From Okamejei kenojei (Eukaryota): a stretch of 64,000 nt of DNA. The notes beneath the pieces were generated by a model. The model was not told the origin of the DNA, made no database searches, and worked only from the letters and a program-made list of their open reading frames with translations. Position numbers and translations under genes: made by a program. The stretch is from the NCBI GenBank assembly GCA_035221665.1, contig CM069136.1:103602001-103666000 (forward strand), given 5' to 3'. Shown piece after piece: positions 24,229-35,105 of this stretch (position 1 is its first letter; each line of letters opens with the position of its first letter).

Positions 24229-26389
24229 CAGTCATTTGCAAAGGCATCCTGACACTCTGTCGAAGAATGGAAGAGTTTGCATTCTTCGTGCACTGAGCAT
24301 TTTCCACCGCGATGGAATGATTAAAGCATGAATGTAAGTTAGTGAAGGCCAGATACAAGTAATCTCAGATCGTTGAACCACAAGGGTTGGTTGGTGTGGG
24401 TGGGGTTGAGATGGTGGCGGGAGGGGGGGGGGGGGGGGGTGGAGGCAGGGGTAGATTAACAAGAGCCAGTGGTGTATGATAACCAAGGTGTTTGATGAAC
24501 AGAATCGCCAGGATGGCAAAGCAGAACTCCTTGACACAATTGCTGCTTTAACGACATTATTATAGAAGGCCAGAAGGTCCACTGTAATTACAGTGCTTAA
24601 CTCTGCTAAAGAAACAGCCGTTTGGATAAATTAACGAATAGGTTAGAAAAATAATTTTCCACGCACATTAGAATTGCTACCACAATATTTCCCACTAGCA
24701 ATTACTTGCTAACGAGCGGCTCCATTGGCATAACAATTATGAAAATGATACAAATCGAGAGTAAGAGGGAAATGGACATCACTGCCACTGCACACAGTCC
24801 CAAAGACATGGCTGCATTTATTAAAGGAGGCCAGGAAATTAGGAGATTTATGGAGTCACGAGGAAAGTTATCTGGGTCTTTCAAAGTGGCATGATGACCT
24901 CACAGGAGGAAGAAAGGCAAGATAATATTTTTAAAGCATTAATAATCGTAATGGGTAAAAGAACATGGTTGTTTAATGCCAAGATAGACGACCCGGATTG
25001 TTTTATTTTAATACTCAGCAATTTCGCAGGCATAGACTGACATCAAATCGTTTAAATATATCAGAACGAATGCGAATCGAAGAAAAAAATGCTTAAGCAG
25101 TCCTTTGGAAAGTGCAGTGGGAATAGCAAAAAATAAAACATGATAAATAAAAGGTCTCCAGTCATTATTCCCCAGTGCCCGGGGAGCCGCTTAGATGGAC
25201 TTTCCGAAGAGCTTAATGCAACCCATCGGAGATTTCAATTCCTGCCTGGTAAATAGAATGTGAAATCTATCGCTGGGAAATCCACGGCTGAAGTTTAAAG
25301 AGGTTCACATGATCCTTCAAGGCTATCATTTAGCAGAGTGATTTATCTGGTGTCGTCCGTGCATTGCAGATTGTGGATTGGATATTCCGAATCTAGAGAG
25401 AATTAAGCCAAACTGACATCGCATGCCAATAAGCATTGTTTCATTATTAAAACAGGATTCATTGCTGGCCTGCAGTGATTTATTGCAAGATTTGCAATTA
25501 TGACCAGATGACCTAGTTCTGCGGAGGAGAAGACAAATAATTTTCATGGCTCAAAACATTTTGTTTTCGTTTTGAAGACGCAAACTTTCCATTACTGTGT
25601 TTTGTTTTAATTTAAGGCCCCAGTTACGAAAAAAAAAGAATTCCCAGAACATGTGCAGATGGACGAGGGGAGATAATGTTATTAGGCAGGAGTACAAGTG
25701 TTTTATTTCGGGGCTTCTCTTGAAAGTGTGCACTGTTTGGTTAAAATGCAAAATTGTTCCGCGAACTGTGCTGTTAAAATAGTGTTTTAATGAGAGTAGT
25801 AGCGTGAGGCACACGAGGCGACGAACTAACAGGAGGGGCACGTTGAGTCAACGTTAACCATGTGAATCGGTGCAGATATATGGAATGGGGAGGATACCAT
25901 CAAACACAGCTGCAAAGAAAGAATGCAACACTACGGGGTTGTAATGCGCCACTTTTATTATGTAGATTGTCTACGTTCTGCATTTAAAATGTCAAATTGG
26001 AACCATTGGTGCTGAGGAAGAAAAAAAGAGTAATCCAGCGAGTTCGGTTTTATGGGTATGAGACATCACCGAGGAAGGTTGCCTTTGAAAACAACCCAAG
26101 GTGTTTTATACACACTGTTCTCATTCTGGATGGTGTCAAAGCTTGTTTGTCTATCACGTTACTTCAAAGGCCGTCACGGGCGATAAACGGGGTCCATTAT
26201 CAGAGACGTCCTTGAGTCGATTTTGTCCGTATATCGGAAAGAACACCCAAATTATTCGATATAGTAACAATTCCTTCACGGTATTGTAGTGAATGGCATC
26301 AAAAGCACATCAGACGGATAATAAAATAAAAACTACCTAGAGAGAAAGAGTGAGGGAAATAGTTCGGGGGTGGGGGTGGTAGTCCTGCT

Positions 26390-26544
26390 CAAAGATCTGA
26401 AGAAGGGTCTCGACCCGAAACGTCGCCTATCTCCTTCGCTCCTTAGATGCTGCTGCACCCGCTGAGTTTCTCCAGCTTTTTGTGTAACCCTCGATTCCCC
26501 AGCATCTGCAGTTCCTTCTTTAACACTCCGCTATAGGATCTTTG
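26390..26544. mobile_element. hAT-like MITE shell containing a Penelope-type terminal fragment
   Basis: TIR caaagatc (26390-26397) / gatctttg (26537-26544). 8-bp TSD gtcctgct (26382-26389) / gccctgct (26545-26552). Confidence 0.55.
26397..26424 (+). ncRNA. Minimal hammerhead ribozyme motif (Penelope type), copy 1
   Basis: CUGAAGA-A-[GGGUC UC GACCC]-GAA-ACGU-C: intact core, stem II, palindromic ACGU stem III and GUC site. Stem I is weak. Confidence 0.55.
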
Positions 26545-26654
26545 GCCCTGCTGTTTCCAGGAACAATACTTGAAGAGAGGTCCGATTTTGATTTCAATAC
26601 ATAACGTGAGCTCGGGGTTGTCCGTAAACCCGACGTTCTCAACCCGAGTCAGTC

Positions 26655-26800
26655 CGTACTTTCAAAGTGCAGTTGCAGTTGTGATGGCGAAACCCTGCTG
26701 CCTGTTTCTGCACAACAATCTCCCACAAACCGCAACGTGATAGAAACGAATGAATCATTTTTTTGGGGATGTTCGTTGAAGGATAAATGGCTGGTGTAAC
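26655..26800 (-). mobile_element. Deu-SINE (SacSINE1-like) fragment
   Basis: gtactttcaaagtgcagtt...tgcacaacaatctcccacaaaccgcaacgtgat...gttgaaggataaat resembles the Deu-SINE body in reverse. Confidence 0.55.
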
Positions 26801-26959
26801 GGCGGTGTTCTTATTCTGGATGGTGCCTTAGCTTGTTCACCAATCCCATTCCTTCACAAGCTGTCCTTGCCTGGAGCTAGAGCCCTATGATCCTTGCCGG
26901 TGATAGCGAGCACTCTCCCGCTGTCATCTCACTGATCACCCAGGCCCAGCGAGTCTTCA

Positions 26960-27118
26960 TATCTCGTTTCCCTGATCCCTGACCAGTCTGAAGAAGGGTC
27001 TCGACCCGAAACGTCGCCCATCTCCTTCGCTCCTTAGATGCTGCTGCACCCGCTGAGTTTCTCCAGCTTTTTGTGTAACCCTCGATTCTCCAGCATCTGC
27101 AGTTCTTTCTTTAACACT
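26960..27118 (+). mobile_element. Penelope-like terminal fragment
   Basis: 26987-27118 matches 26396-26527 at 129/132 nt. Same terminus family as the GIY-YIG-bearing copy at 40080-40815. Confidence 0.75.
26988..27015 (+). ncRNA. Minimal hammerhead ribozyme motif (Penelope type), copy 2
   Basis: Identical core ctgaagaagggtctcgacccgaaacgtc. Stem I has only about 2 bp. Confidence 0.55.
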
Positions 27119-27408
27119 TCGGGTTCCTTGATAGGTGTTGTGTCGAATGCGGTCGGTTATTATGGTGCTGGTGATCCGGGAGTCTGAATATTTTCAAGTA
27201 TGCTTTTTTTTTTAAAGGGCAACTTTTTGAGCTGTATGCATTTACGCTGGCAACTTGAAACTTCCGCAGCAATGCAATAGTGACCGCTACAATGCTACAA
27301 TCACCCCATCATTGATTGGACTCGGTGTGGAGTGAGCCAGCAAGCGCTACCATGCAGATGATGATCTGGGGCAATCTGTGCAATCGCAGGACTCTGGGTT
27401 TGCTTTTG

Positions 27409-28048
27409 ACATAGAAACATAGAAACATAGAAACATAGAAATTAGGTGCAGGAGTAGGCCATTCAGCCCTTCGAGCCTGCACCGCCATTCAATAAGATCA
27501 TGGCTGATCATCCAACTCAGTATCCCGTACCTGCCTTCTCTCCATACCCCCTGATCCCCTTAGCCACAAGGGCCACATCCAACTCACTCTTAAATATAGC
27601 CAATGAACTGGCCTCAACTACCCTCTGTGGCAGAGAGTTCCAGAGACTCACCACTCTCTGTGTGAAAAAAGTCTTTCTCATCTCGGTCTTAAAGGATTTC
27701 CCCCTTATCCTTAAGCTGTGACCCCTTGTCCTGGACTTCCCCAACATCGGGAACAATCTTCCTGCATCTAGCCTGTCCAACCCCTTAAGAATTTTGTAAG
27801 TTTCTATAAGATCCCCTCTCAATCTCCTAAATTCCAGAGAGTATAAACCGAGTCTATCCAGTCTTTCTTCATAAGACAGTCCTGACATCCCAGGAATCAG
27901 TCTGGTGAACCTTCTCTGCACTCCCTCTATGGCAATAATGTCCTTCCTCAGATTTGGAGACCAAAACTGTACGCAATACTCCAGGTGTGGTCTCACCAAG
28001 ACCCTGTACAACTGAAGTAGAACCTCCCTGCTCCTGTACTCAAATCCT
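27409..28048 (-). mobile_element. Young 5'-truncated CR1 LINE
   Basis: ORF 27517-28011(-) LYRVLVRPHLEYCVQFWSP...KAGTGY is uninterrupted. (CATAGAAA)3 tail. Confidence 0.95.
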
Positions 28049-28051
28049 TAG

Positions 28052-28175
28052 ATCTGCAAGAGATTGCAGATGCTGGAATATGCACCAACATCCAATCTGC
28101 TCATTGATTCGAGCAGCATCTGTGGGGGAAGGGATAAGATTTGTTGAAGTTTCAGGTTGAAACCCTGCTTCATGA
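28052..28175 (-). mobile_element. Degenerate Penelope-like terminal fragment
   Basis: ttgcagatgctggaat...gcagcatctgtggggg...gtttcaggttgaaaccct. Confidence 0.5.
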
Positions 28176-28436
28176 TTCTTCGGGGACTACTGCTGGGGAA
28201 TTAGCTGCAGCTGCTCCTTGTGCTGCCCCTCTGCCCACTCTGGTGGTTTCTGGCAATTGAACCAGTTAGCATAGAGTCGCATGGTCAGAGCAAAGAGAAG
28301 GGGAGATTACAACAACTGTCACATGAAAGTGGAAGTGGGGAGGGAGATCGCACGGTCTGCCGAAATGTGGAGCAGGCACTTTCATCACAGTGGAGCACAA
28401 GAGGCTGCAGAGATGGCGAACTTAGCCCAGTCCATC

Positions 28437-28748
28437 GTGGCACATTGTCACGGCGGTAGAGTTGCTGCCTGACAGCGCCAGAGATCCGGGTTCGATCCTG
28501 CCTATGGGTGCTCTCTGTATGGAGTTTGCACTTTCTCATTGTGACTGAGTGGGTTTTCTCTGGGTGCTCTGTTTTCACCCAAAATTCCAAGGACGTGCAG
28601 GTTTGTAGGTTAATTTGCTTCTGTAAATTGTCCCTGGTGTGCAGTATATAACTAGTGTAAGGGTGATCGCTGGTTGGTGTGGACTCGGTGGCCAAAGGGG
28701 TTGTTTCCAAGCTCTTTCTCTAAACTAAACTAAACTAAACTAAGCTAA
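28437..28748 (+). mobile_element. tRNA-derived V-SINE (HE1-like), full length
   Basis: tRNA-like head with B box ggttcgatcc, V-domain ggagtttgcac...gggttttctctgggtgctc, CR1-like tail and (TAAAC)n. Confidence 0.85.
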
Positions 28749-28749
28749 A

Positions 28750-28870
28750 TGAAACTGCCCTCCCCACCATTGAAAATGTCTACATGAGGTGCTGGCTCAA
28801 GAAGGCAACATCTATCATCAAAGATCCTACAATCCTGGCCATGCATTCCTTTCGCTGGTACCATCAGCCA
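28750..28870 (+). mobile_element. Rex1/Babar-like LINE fragment
   Basis: LPTIENVYMRCWLKKATSIIKDP resembles the Rex1 C-terminal region. Confidence 0.6.
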
Positions 28871-29102
28871 GTTACATACAATAAGAATCTTGCTTGTGGC
28901 AGTATCATCAGCACGTGGACTCAGCCAACTGTGTTGCAGTATTGCCAGCAGACGGGTGGGCCCTATATCAGTATCTTGGTATAACAGGGAACGCCAGCAG
29001 GAAGGGAAGGGTAATGCCTCAGGTTCATGGACCAGTAACACTATCAGTGAACATCTGCATTTATATGTCCTTTAGCATTGATTCCATTAACACTTGTTCC
29101 TG

Positions 29103-29262
29103 GGAATTAGACGTGGCCCTTGTGGCTAAAGGGATCAGGGGGTATGGAGAGAAGGCAGGTACAGGATACTGAGTTGGATGATCAGCCATGATCATATTGA
29201 ATGGCGGTGCAGGCTCAAAGGGCCGAATGGCCTACTCCTGCACCTATTTTCTATGTTTCTAT
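29103..29262 (+). mobile_element. CR1 extreme 3' end
   Basis: ELDVALVAKGIRGYGEKAGTGY*, then 3' UTR and (TTTCTATG)2. Confidence 0.9.
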
Positions 29263-29612
29263 GAATACATTCTTAGCACTAAATGAATTGCCTATATGCA
29301 TGGCTGTTCTAACGGTAACTGGTAGGAACTGCCCTAAAGTAGAGGTGGCAATTGTTTAAGCTCCACCAAAAACTTACCAGCCTTCAAAACTCTCACTGCC
29401 TTTGAATGTCCGTGACATTCACCAATGTTCAAAAATATTAAAAAACTATTAGTTAATATGAAAGCAAATTACATTTGTTTAAACAATTAAACAATTAAAA
29501 ACATATGAAATAATGAAATACAATTTAAATCAATTCAAATAAACCAATAGAAAATTATTGTATTTTCTCCTCAATTATATCTTTACATTAAAGTGAACAA
29601 GCCTGCTATATT

Positions 29613-29801
29613 AAACGGAAGATAGACACAAAATGTTGGAGTAACTCAGCAGGGCAGGCAGCACCTCTGGAGAGAAGGAATGGCTGACGTTTCGGATCTC
29701 GACCCAAAATCTCTTCAGAGATGCTCCCTGTCCTGCTGAGTTACTCCAGCATTTTGTGTCTATCTTTGGTGTAAACCAGCATCTGCAGTTCCTTCCTGCA
29801 G
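29613..29801. mobile_element. Penelope-like inverted terminal fragment
   Basis: aagatagacacaaaatgttggagtaactcagcagg is inverted against cctgctgagttactccagcattttgtgtctatctt. 14-bp TSD aagcctgctatatt (29599-29612) / aagcctactatatt (29802-29815). Confidence 0.8.
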
Positions 29802-29989
29802 AAGCCTACTATATTGATCAAGATTAACCTGGCACAGTTTCAGGAATCAGAGCTTCCAGTTTGGAAGTTGGAGCATGATTATCCCTGGATTGCTAATTAG
29901 CTGAGAGAGTTCAGCTATTCCACACAGTTTGTTGGGTCAAATAATTTGGTTCTGAGCAGAAGCACTGGCTTTTAAATGGATGATCCAAG

Positions 29990-30132
29990 CCAGCACCTCT
30001 GATGGCACAGCACTCCCTCGAGCAACACATTTTCAGAAGACTTTTTTGTTCTCAATACTCTGAAGTGGGACTTGAACTCAGAACCTTTTGGCTCAGAAGC
30101 AGAAGCACTACTAACTGAGTCCCAGCTGACTG
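29990..30132 (-). mobile_element. Deu-SINE (SacSINE1-like) 5' part
   Basis: cagcactccctc...gtgggacttgaactcagaacc...ctcagaagcagaagcactactaactgag. The minus strand carries a B box (gagttcaagtccc). Confidence 0.65.
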
Positions 30133-32449
30133 TCATCTTGGCGTCTGCTCAGAGTTGGATTTGGATCAGCTGAAAGGTTCTCAAATTTGTTCAATCAAAT
30201 AGCTAAATATAACACCCGAGCAGACCACCCACCCTCCTTATGCTAGTGTATAAGATAACAAAGCAAAACATTTTTGGGACAGAATTTGTTTCCTTGACAT
30301 TAAAGGTAGTTATTTTCAAAATCTTCTTGATATTTACACCATTCATCCCACAGCATATAATTTTGGTCTTGAGATTGAAAAGTTAGGCTTGTTTTTTCAA
30401 AGATCTGAATAAGTTCTCCAGATCAAAAACAAAGTCTTATTAGAGACAAAAGACTTTGAATTCAGGTTTAAAGAGATTTGTTTCTTCTTTTGATTATATG
30501 TAGACAGTAGCTGATTTTATTATTAAACATTAAAAGTTGTTCTCAGGTAGAGTTAAAATGCAAAAATTACTTTAATCTTGTATATTTTCCTCGTTACTCT
30601 CTTTCACTTTGATGGGTATTAAAATTAAACATTTCTGTGAGTTTTGAGTCATTATCACTATTCTGATGTAATTGCTTTGAGTCTGTTACAAAAAAAAAGT
30701 AAATAAGCAGTGAGGTTTTTTATATTAGAGGCTTTGTTTAAGTTTGTTATTTATCACATGATGGAGGCATGTCTAGTCAAAAATTAATTTCTGTTCCTCT
30801 GCTTATAATTCAACAACTGCCCTGCAAAGACATTCATCGTTTACAAGCACTAACATTTAATATATGTTCAAATAACTTGAAGGTACGTCAATTATTGCAA
30901 GAGATTAAATCCTCAGAACAATTCTATCAATGATTAAAGCCCCTCAAACTTTTTTTAAAAAATGGCATAGCCACAAACAAACATTCCAACCAGCTATGTA
31001 TTAAAAGGAAGATTTGCTTATCAGGACAATTTTGCTATCTGACAAGGGAAGAATTGAAAATTAATTTCTTTTCGACGTGAATCATTAAAAGAAAGAAAAT
31101 CTGCTTGTTTGCTGTCTCAACTTCAGGGCCTCAGAGCAGTCACTCTTCATTGTCCCAATGAAATTGGATGACTAATTGCATAGGCAGAGTGAAAACAAGA
31201 ACAGCTCTGTCTCCAGCACCCCCCTTCCACCCATCCCCCACCCCCACTTACAAAACAAAGTAATTTTAATTAACAGAAGAGTACAAAGGTTAGCCAAAGA
31301 TGTCCCTTTGATGAACGTTGCTAGATACTTTGGGAAAATGTTTGGCATTGTTTCCCACTAACCATTGCACAAATGGTAGTTGTGGAGCAGAGCATAGCAA
31401 TGAAATAAAATTGTACAATTGACATGTAGCAGCTTGAGCGGAATGGGAACCATGAAAGTTTGGAGAAAATGACAACTGAGACAAATGTATGCCTTACATA
31501 CTTTTAATATTGTTCGCCTTGTCAAACACGCACATTACTGATTTCTACTTTAATGTAGCCTTAAACACGCAGATGTTTTCGATAGAGTATCTTTCCTATG
31601 TAGCATCTCCCAAACGTACTTAATATTTTATTTTCACAATTGATTCCTAAGGTTAAATATTGGGAGGATAATAACAACTTAAAAAATGATTACAAGCAGT
31701 TAATTAAATGAATTAATGCCCTTGTTTTTTTCCTCCAGCAGTTCCTATTAATAAACTTGGTCAATAAGCTTCATGAGTAACTAAGACCCTGGAATGTGCA
31801 CTCCCTGCCAGTCAGTCTTACATTCCCATGACATCTCAACATTGGGGAGGTGGGTGCAATTTATCAAATCCTCATACATCACCAGCAATATGAAGCATTG
31901 TGTGGACATGCTCTTCACTTGAAACCCCATGAGAACTGTTTGTGCTGACATTTTTGGTGTGGAAAAATCAGTCATGTGACATATCTTCTCAATGGAGAAC
32001 AACTGCCTCCATGATACTGCTGTCATAAAATGATGGTTGGTGAAGCTGCTGAGCACATTGTCAGTTGTTTTAAGAGTTGCCATCTCTCGATCTTTTACAG
32101 TGTTTGGTTTTTACCAAAGGACTAAAGTTACAATATGTTTTCTTGTGCATTTGGAAAGCATGCATTTAAAACTGAATTGGAAGCACACTGTTCACTTAGA
32201 CTATGATTATAGGACTAAAGTAGTTGATTGTTAATCAGTGTATTTTCCAAATTAACAGGTTCAAAGCCAGCGTTGCATTCCATTGGGATAAGGAAACTAA
32301 CCTTGATTTTATTTGTCTGTAGGCCATCCAAGCACATCAAAGATTAAAGCAGGATTTCTATTATCATTATTTCAGCATAAAAATCAATGGTAAAATGAGA
32401 TAGTAAACTGGCAACCATTTCAAGATAAACTTGGGCCTTTGTAACATTC

Positions 32450-32850
32450 GTGGCCATGCTGGTAAAATTTTACCTTCAAGTTCCATCTCAGAGTGAGATC
32501 TGATAATCTCCCTGACATAGTAAGGCAGTACCAATGAAGTGATGCATTATTTGAGGTGATGTACAATGGACAGAATGTTAAACAGAGGTCAAATCTTTCT
32601 GTTTTGATGGTTCAGACGGTCTTTTAAGATCTAAACCTTTACTTAAAAGCTGTGTCTTTTGACCAATATGCTTCCTGCAAATAACAATGCCAAAAAATAT
32701 CTAATTAGGCATTCATCTCATAATAGTATGAGCAAGAATCGTGGTTCAGAATGGCTGCTGTGTTCATCGACATAATAGCAGTTTTCACACATCAGAAGTA
32801 ATTAACTGCATGAAGTGCTTTGAAATGGTTTGATCTGATAAGTCCCTAAG
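32450..32850 (+). mobile_element. Highly degenerate Deu-SINE
   Basis: ttcaagttcc...gttaaacagaggtc...gaccaatat...atggctgctgtgtt...cagaagtaatt...aagtgctttg occur in the expected order. Confidence 0.45.
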
Positions 32851-34019
32851 TATGATCAAGAACTATTTTTGCCTGGTTTGATTAAACAAACCAGTTTTGT
32901 GTTCACATGAATTTTCCACCTGATGTTGCTTCACTCACTAATATCCCTTATGTTGGCCTAAGTTTCTGATGGATTAACACAGATGACATTACAACGGTTA
33001 TTAAATATAGTGCTCCAGATGTTATAAATATATTTTAAAAATCCCAGGTATTTTCAAGTTGGTAGACTGTGAGAAGTTTATTTTCATAAAAGGTGACATG
33101 GCAATATGACAGTTTTCTGGTTATGCTGTTTCAGCTATACGGAACAGACTGATGAATTTTATATTGCATTGCCTGTTTTACAAAGCTACCTTACATTTCA
33201 ATATTTTATTTGTTGAATACGTGATTAGATTATTATTTAGAAAAAAAATATTATCAGATTCCATCATTATTTGAAACTTTCAGTGCCAATTGGATATACA
33301 AATGGACAATTGACAAGTTTTGACAACTGTTTCATTTACCATTATAGACAATGGCAGTATTTTAATTGACTTGTTACTGTATTGACATTTCCATCTTAAC
33401 TGAAGTAGATAAAAATTCAAAACCAGTTAATAATTATAAATGAGGAAAATATTATCCAATTTTATTTTAGCTTTTGCTGCATAAGCAATTGACTGGCAAA
33501 TGATTCTCTAGAGAAAATAAAGATACATTATTTTAATTAGTGAATAAAACTGCATTGGGAGAAACAACTTTCTCGGAAACCTTCCATTTTGTTCGATCTA
33601 TGTTGCAGGAAATATGATAGATACACTGAAGATCTGTTTATTGTCCCACAATAGCTGAGAAGGAAGCAACTGTTTACCAAAACTTTTAATTGTGAAGAAG
33701 TAGATATAGCTCTTATTTTGGGGAGCAGGAGGATTGGATCAAATTACCCACCCTCGTGGAATGTATTAGCTTAATCACTTTCTTTTTCTTTCCACATCCC
33801 CATCATCTCTGTTTAGAAGAGCAGATTTGTTTAACTAGATTGGCTTGGGCTTTACTGGTATAATGCTGGCAAAACTGTCAATGCTTGGTGTTATTATTCC
33901 ACCAATATGAGAGCAAACATCTGATTTCTAGGCACACATGTTCAACTTGGAGACGCTGCACTTGCCCTTCCACAGGCTGTGCTGTTTTACAGCCATAATC
34001 AAGGGAAATGAGTGCAAGT

Positions 34020-35020
34020 AGGAGACACAAGAAACTACAGATGCTGGAATGTGGATCGAAACACAGTGCTGGAGGAGCTCAGTAAGCCTGGCAATATCTG
34101 CGGGGGAAATTTACCATTTGGGTTGATTGGAATAGGGGAAGGTTACAGCTGGAAAGGAGAGGGGGTGGCGATACAAAGCTTGGATAAGTGTTAGGTTGAT
34201 ACAGGGGTATGATAGACAGATGTAAGTGAGAAGTTTGGAGTTGAAAAGGAGACAAAGGGATGCCAGATAAGGAAAGGAGAGGAGGAATGAGATATAAAGG
34301 TGAAGAGTGGAATTTGAGTGGATTTAGAAACATAGAAAATAGGTGCAGGAGTAAGTCATTCGGCCCTTTGAGCCCGCAACACCATTCAATATGATCATGG
34401 CTGATCATCCAACTCAGTATCCTGTACCTGCCTCTCTCCATACCCCCTGATCCCTTTAGCCACAAGGGCCACATCTAACTCCTTCTTAAATATAGCCAAT
34501 GAACTGGCCTCAACTACCTTCTGTGGCAGAGAATTCCAGAGACTCACCACTCTCTGCATGAAAAATGTTTTCCTCATCTCGGTCCTAAAGGAATTCCCCC
34601 TTATCCTTAGACTGTGGCCCCTTGTTCTGGACCTCCCCAACATCAGGAACAATCTTCCTGCATCTAGCCTGTCCAACCCCTTAACATTTTTGTAAGTTTC
34701 TATAAGATCCCCCCTCATCTTCTACATTCTAGAATTAGGTGGATTCCCATCCCAATTTTCCTTTTTATCTATCCCAGGGAAAAAGTGAGTCATACAAGGA
34801 AAATGAGGGAATCTGGTATGCTCATATGTAAGCAGCATGTGCAAGGTTTGCTTATCATTCCCAAGCCCATTAAATTTAAATTCGAAATAGTGATGTAGGG
34901 TCTTGAACGGAACTGTTGACCATTCCTTTCCCTTCACAGATATTGCCTGAATGGCTAAGTTTCTGCAGTAGTTTGGACTTTGCTCCAGATTTCAGCATCT
35001 GCTGCCCCTTGTGCCTCCAA
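34020..35020. mobile_element. Old Penelope-like element with inverted termini, interrupted by CR1
   Basis: Minus-oriented terminus at 34020-34120 (cagatgctggaat...gctggaggagctcag) with a purine-rich tract. Plus-oriented terminus at 34890-35020 (gggtcttga...ccagatttcagcatctgc). Confidence 0.55.
34325..34724 (-). mobile_element. Young 5'-truncated CR1 LINE
   Basis: ORF 34395-34718(-) MRGDLIETYK...QRVVSLWNSLPQKVVEA, with tail tagaaacatagaaa. Confidence 0.92.
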
Positions 35021-35033
35021 ATGTATCCTTGGT

Positions 35034-35105
35034 AAGATAGACATAAATATGCTGGAGTAACTCAGCGGGACAGGCAGTATCTCTGGAGAGAAGGAATGGG
35101 TGACA
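35034..35105 (-). mobile_element. Penelope-like terminal fragment
   Basis: agatagacataaatatgctggagtaactcagcgggacaggcagtatctctggagagaaggaatgggtgac. Confidence 0.7.

Larger units (their letters stand above)
20200..27350. promoter_or_regulatory. Second, intronic CpG-retaining domain
   Basis: Dense CpG in unique sequence at 21600-22560 and 24550-27350, dropping sharply after about 27400. Confidence 0.5.

Noticed and set aside
26396-27118. A true LTR retrozyme or LTR element
   Set aside because: The spacer contains an old Deu-SINE fragment and ordinary genomic sequence, there is no PBS or PPT, and no TSD flanks the pair. Kept only as a tandem hammerhead-motif observation.
28437-28505. tRNA genes (also at about 43170-43238 and 49288-49355)
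   Set aside because: The A/B boxes are SINE heads continuous with the V-domain and tail. No full cloverleaf.
31781-32083. 100-aa minus-strand ORF as an exon
   Set aside because: No recognisable domain or splice context. Possibly an old repeat that I could not classify.
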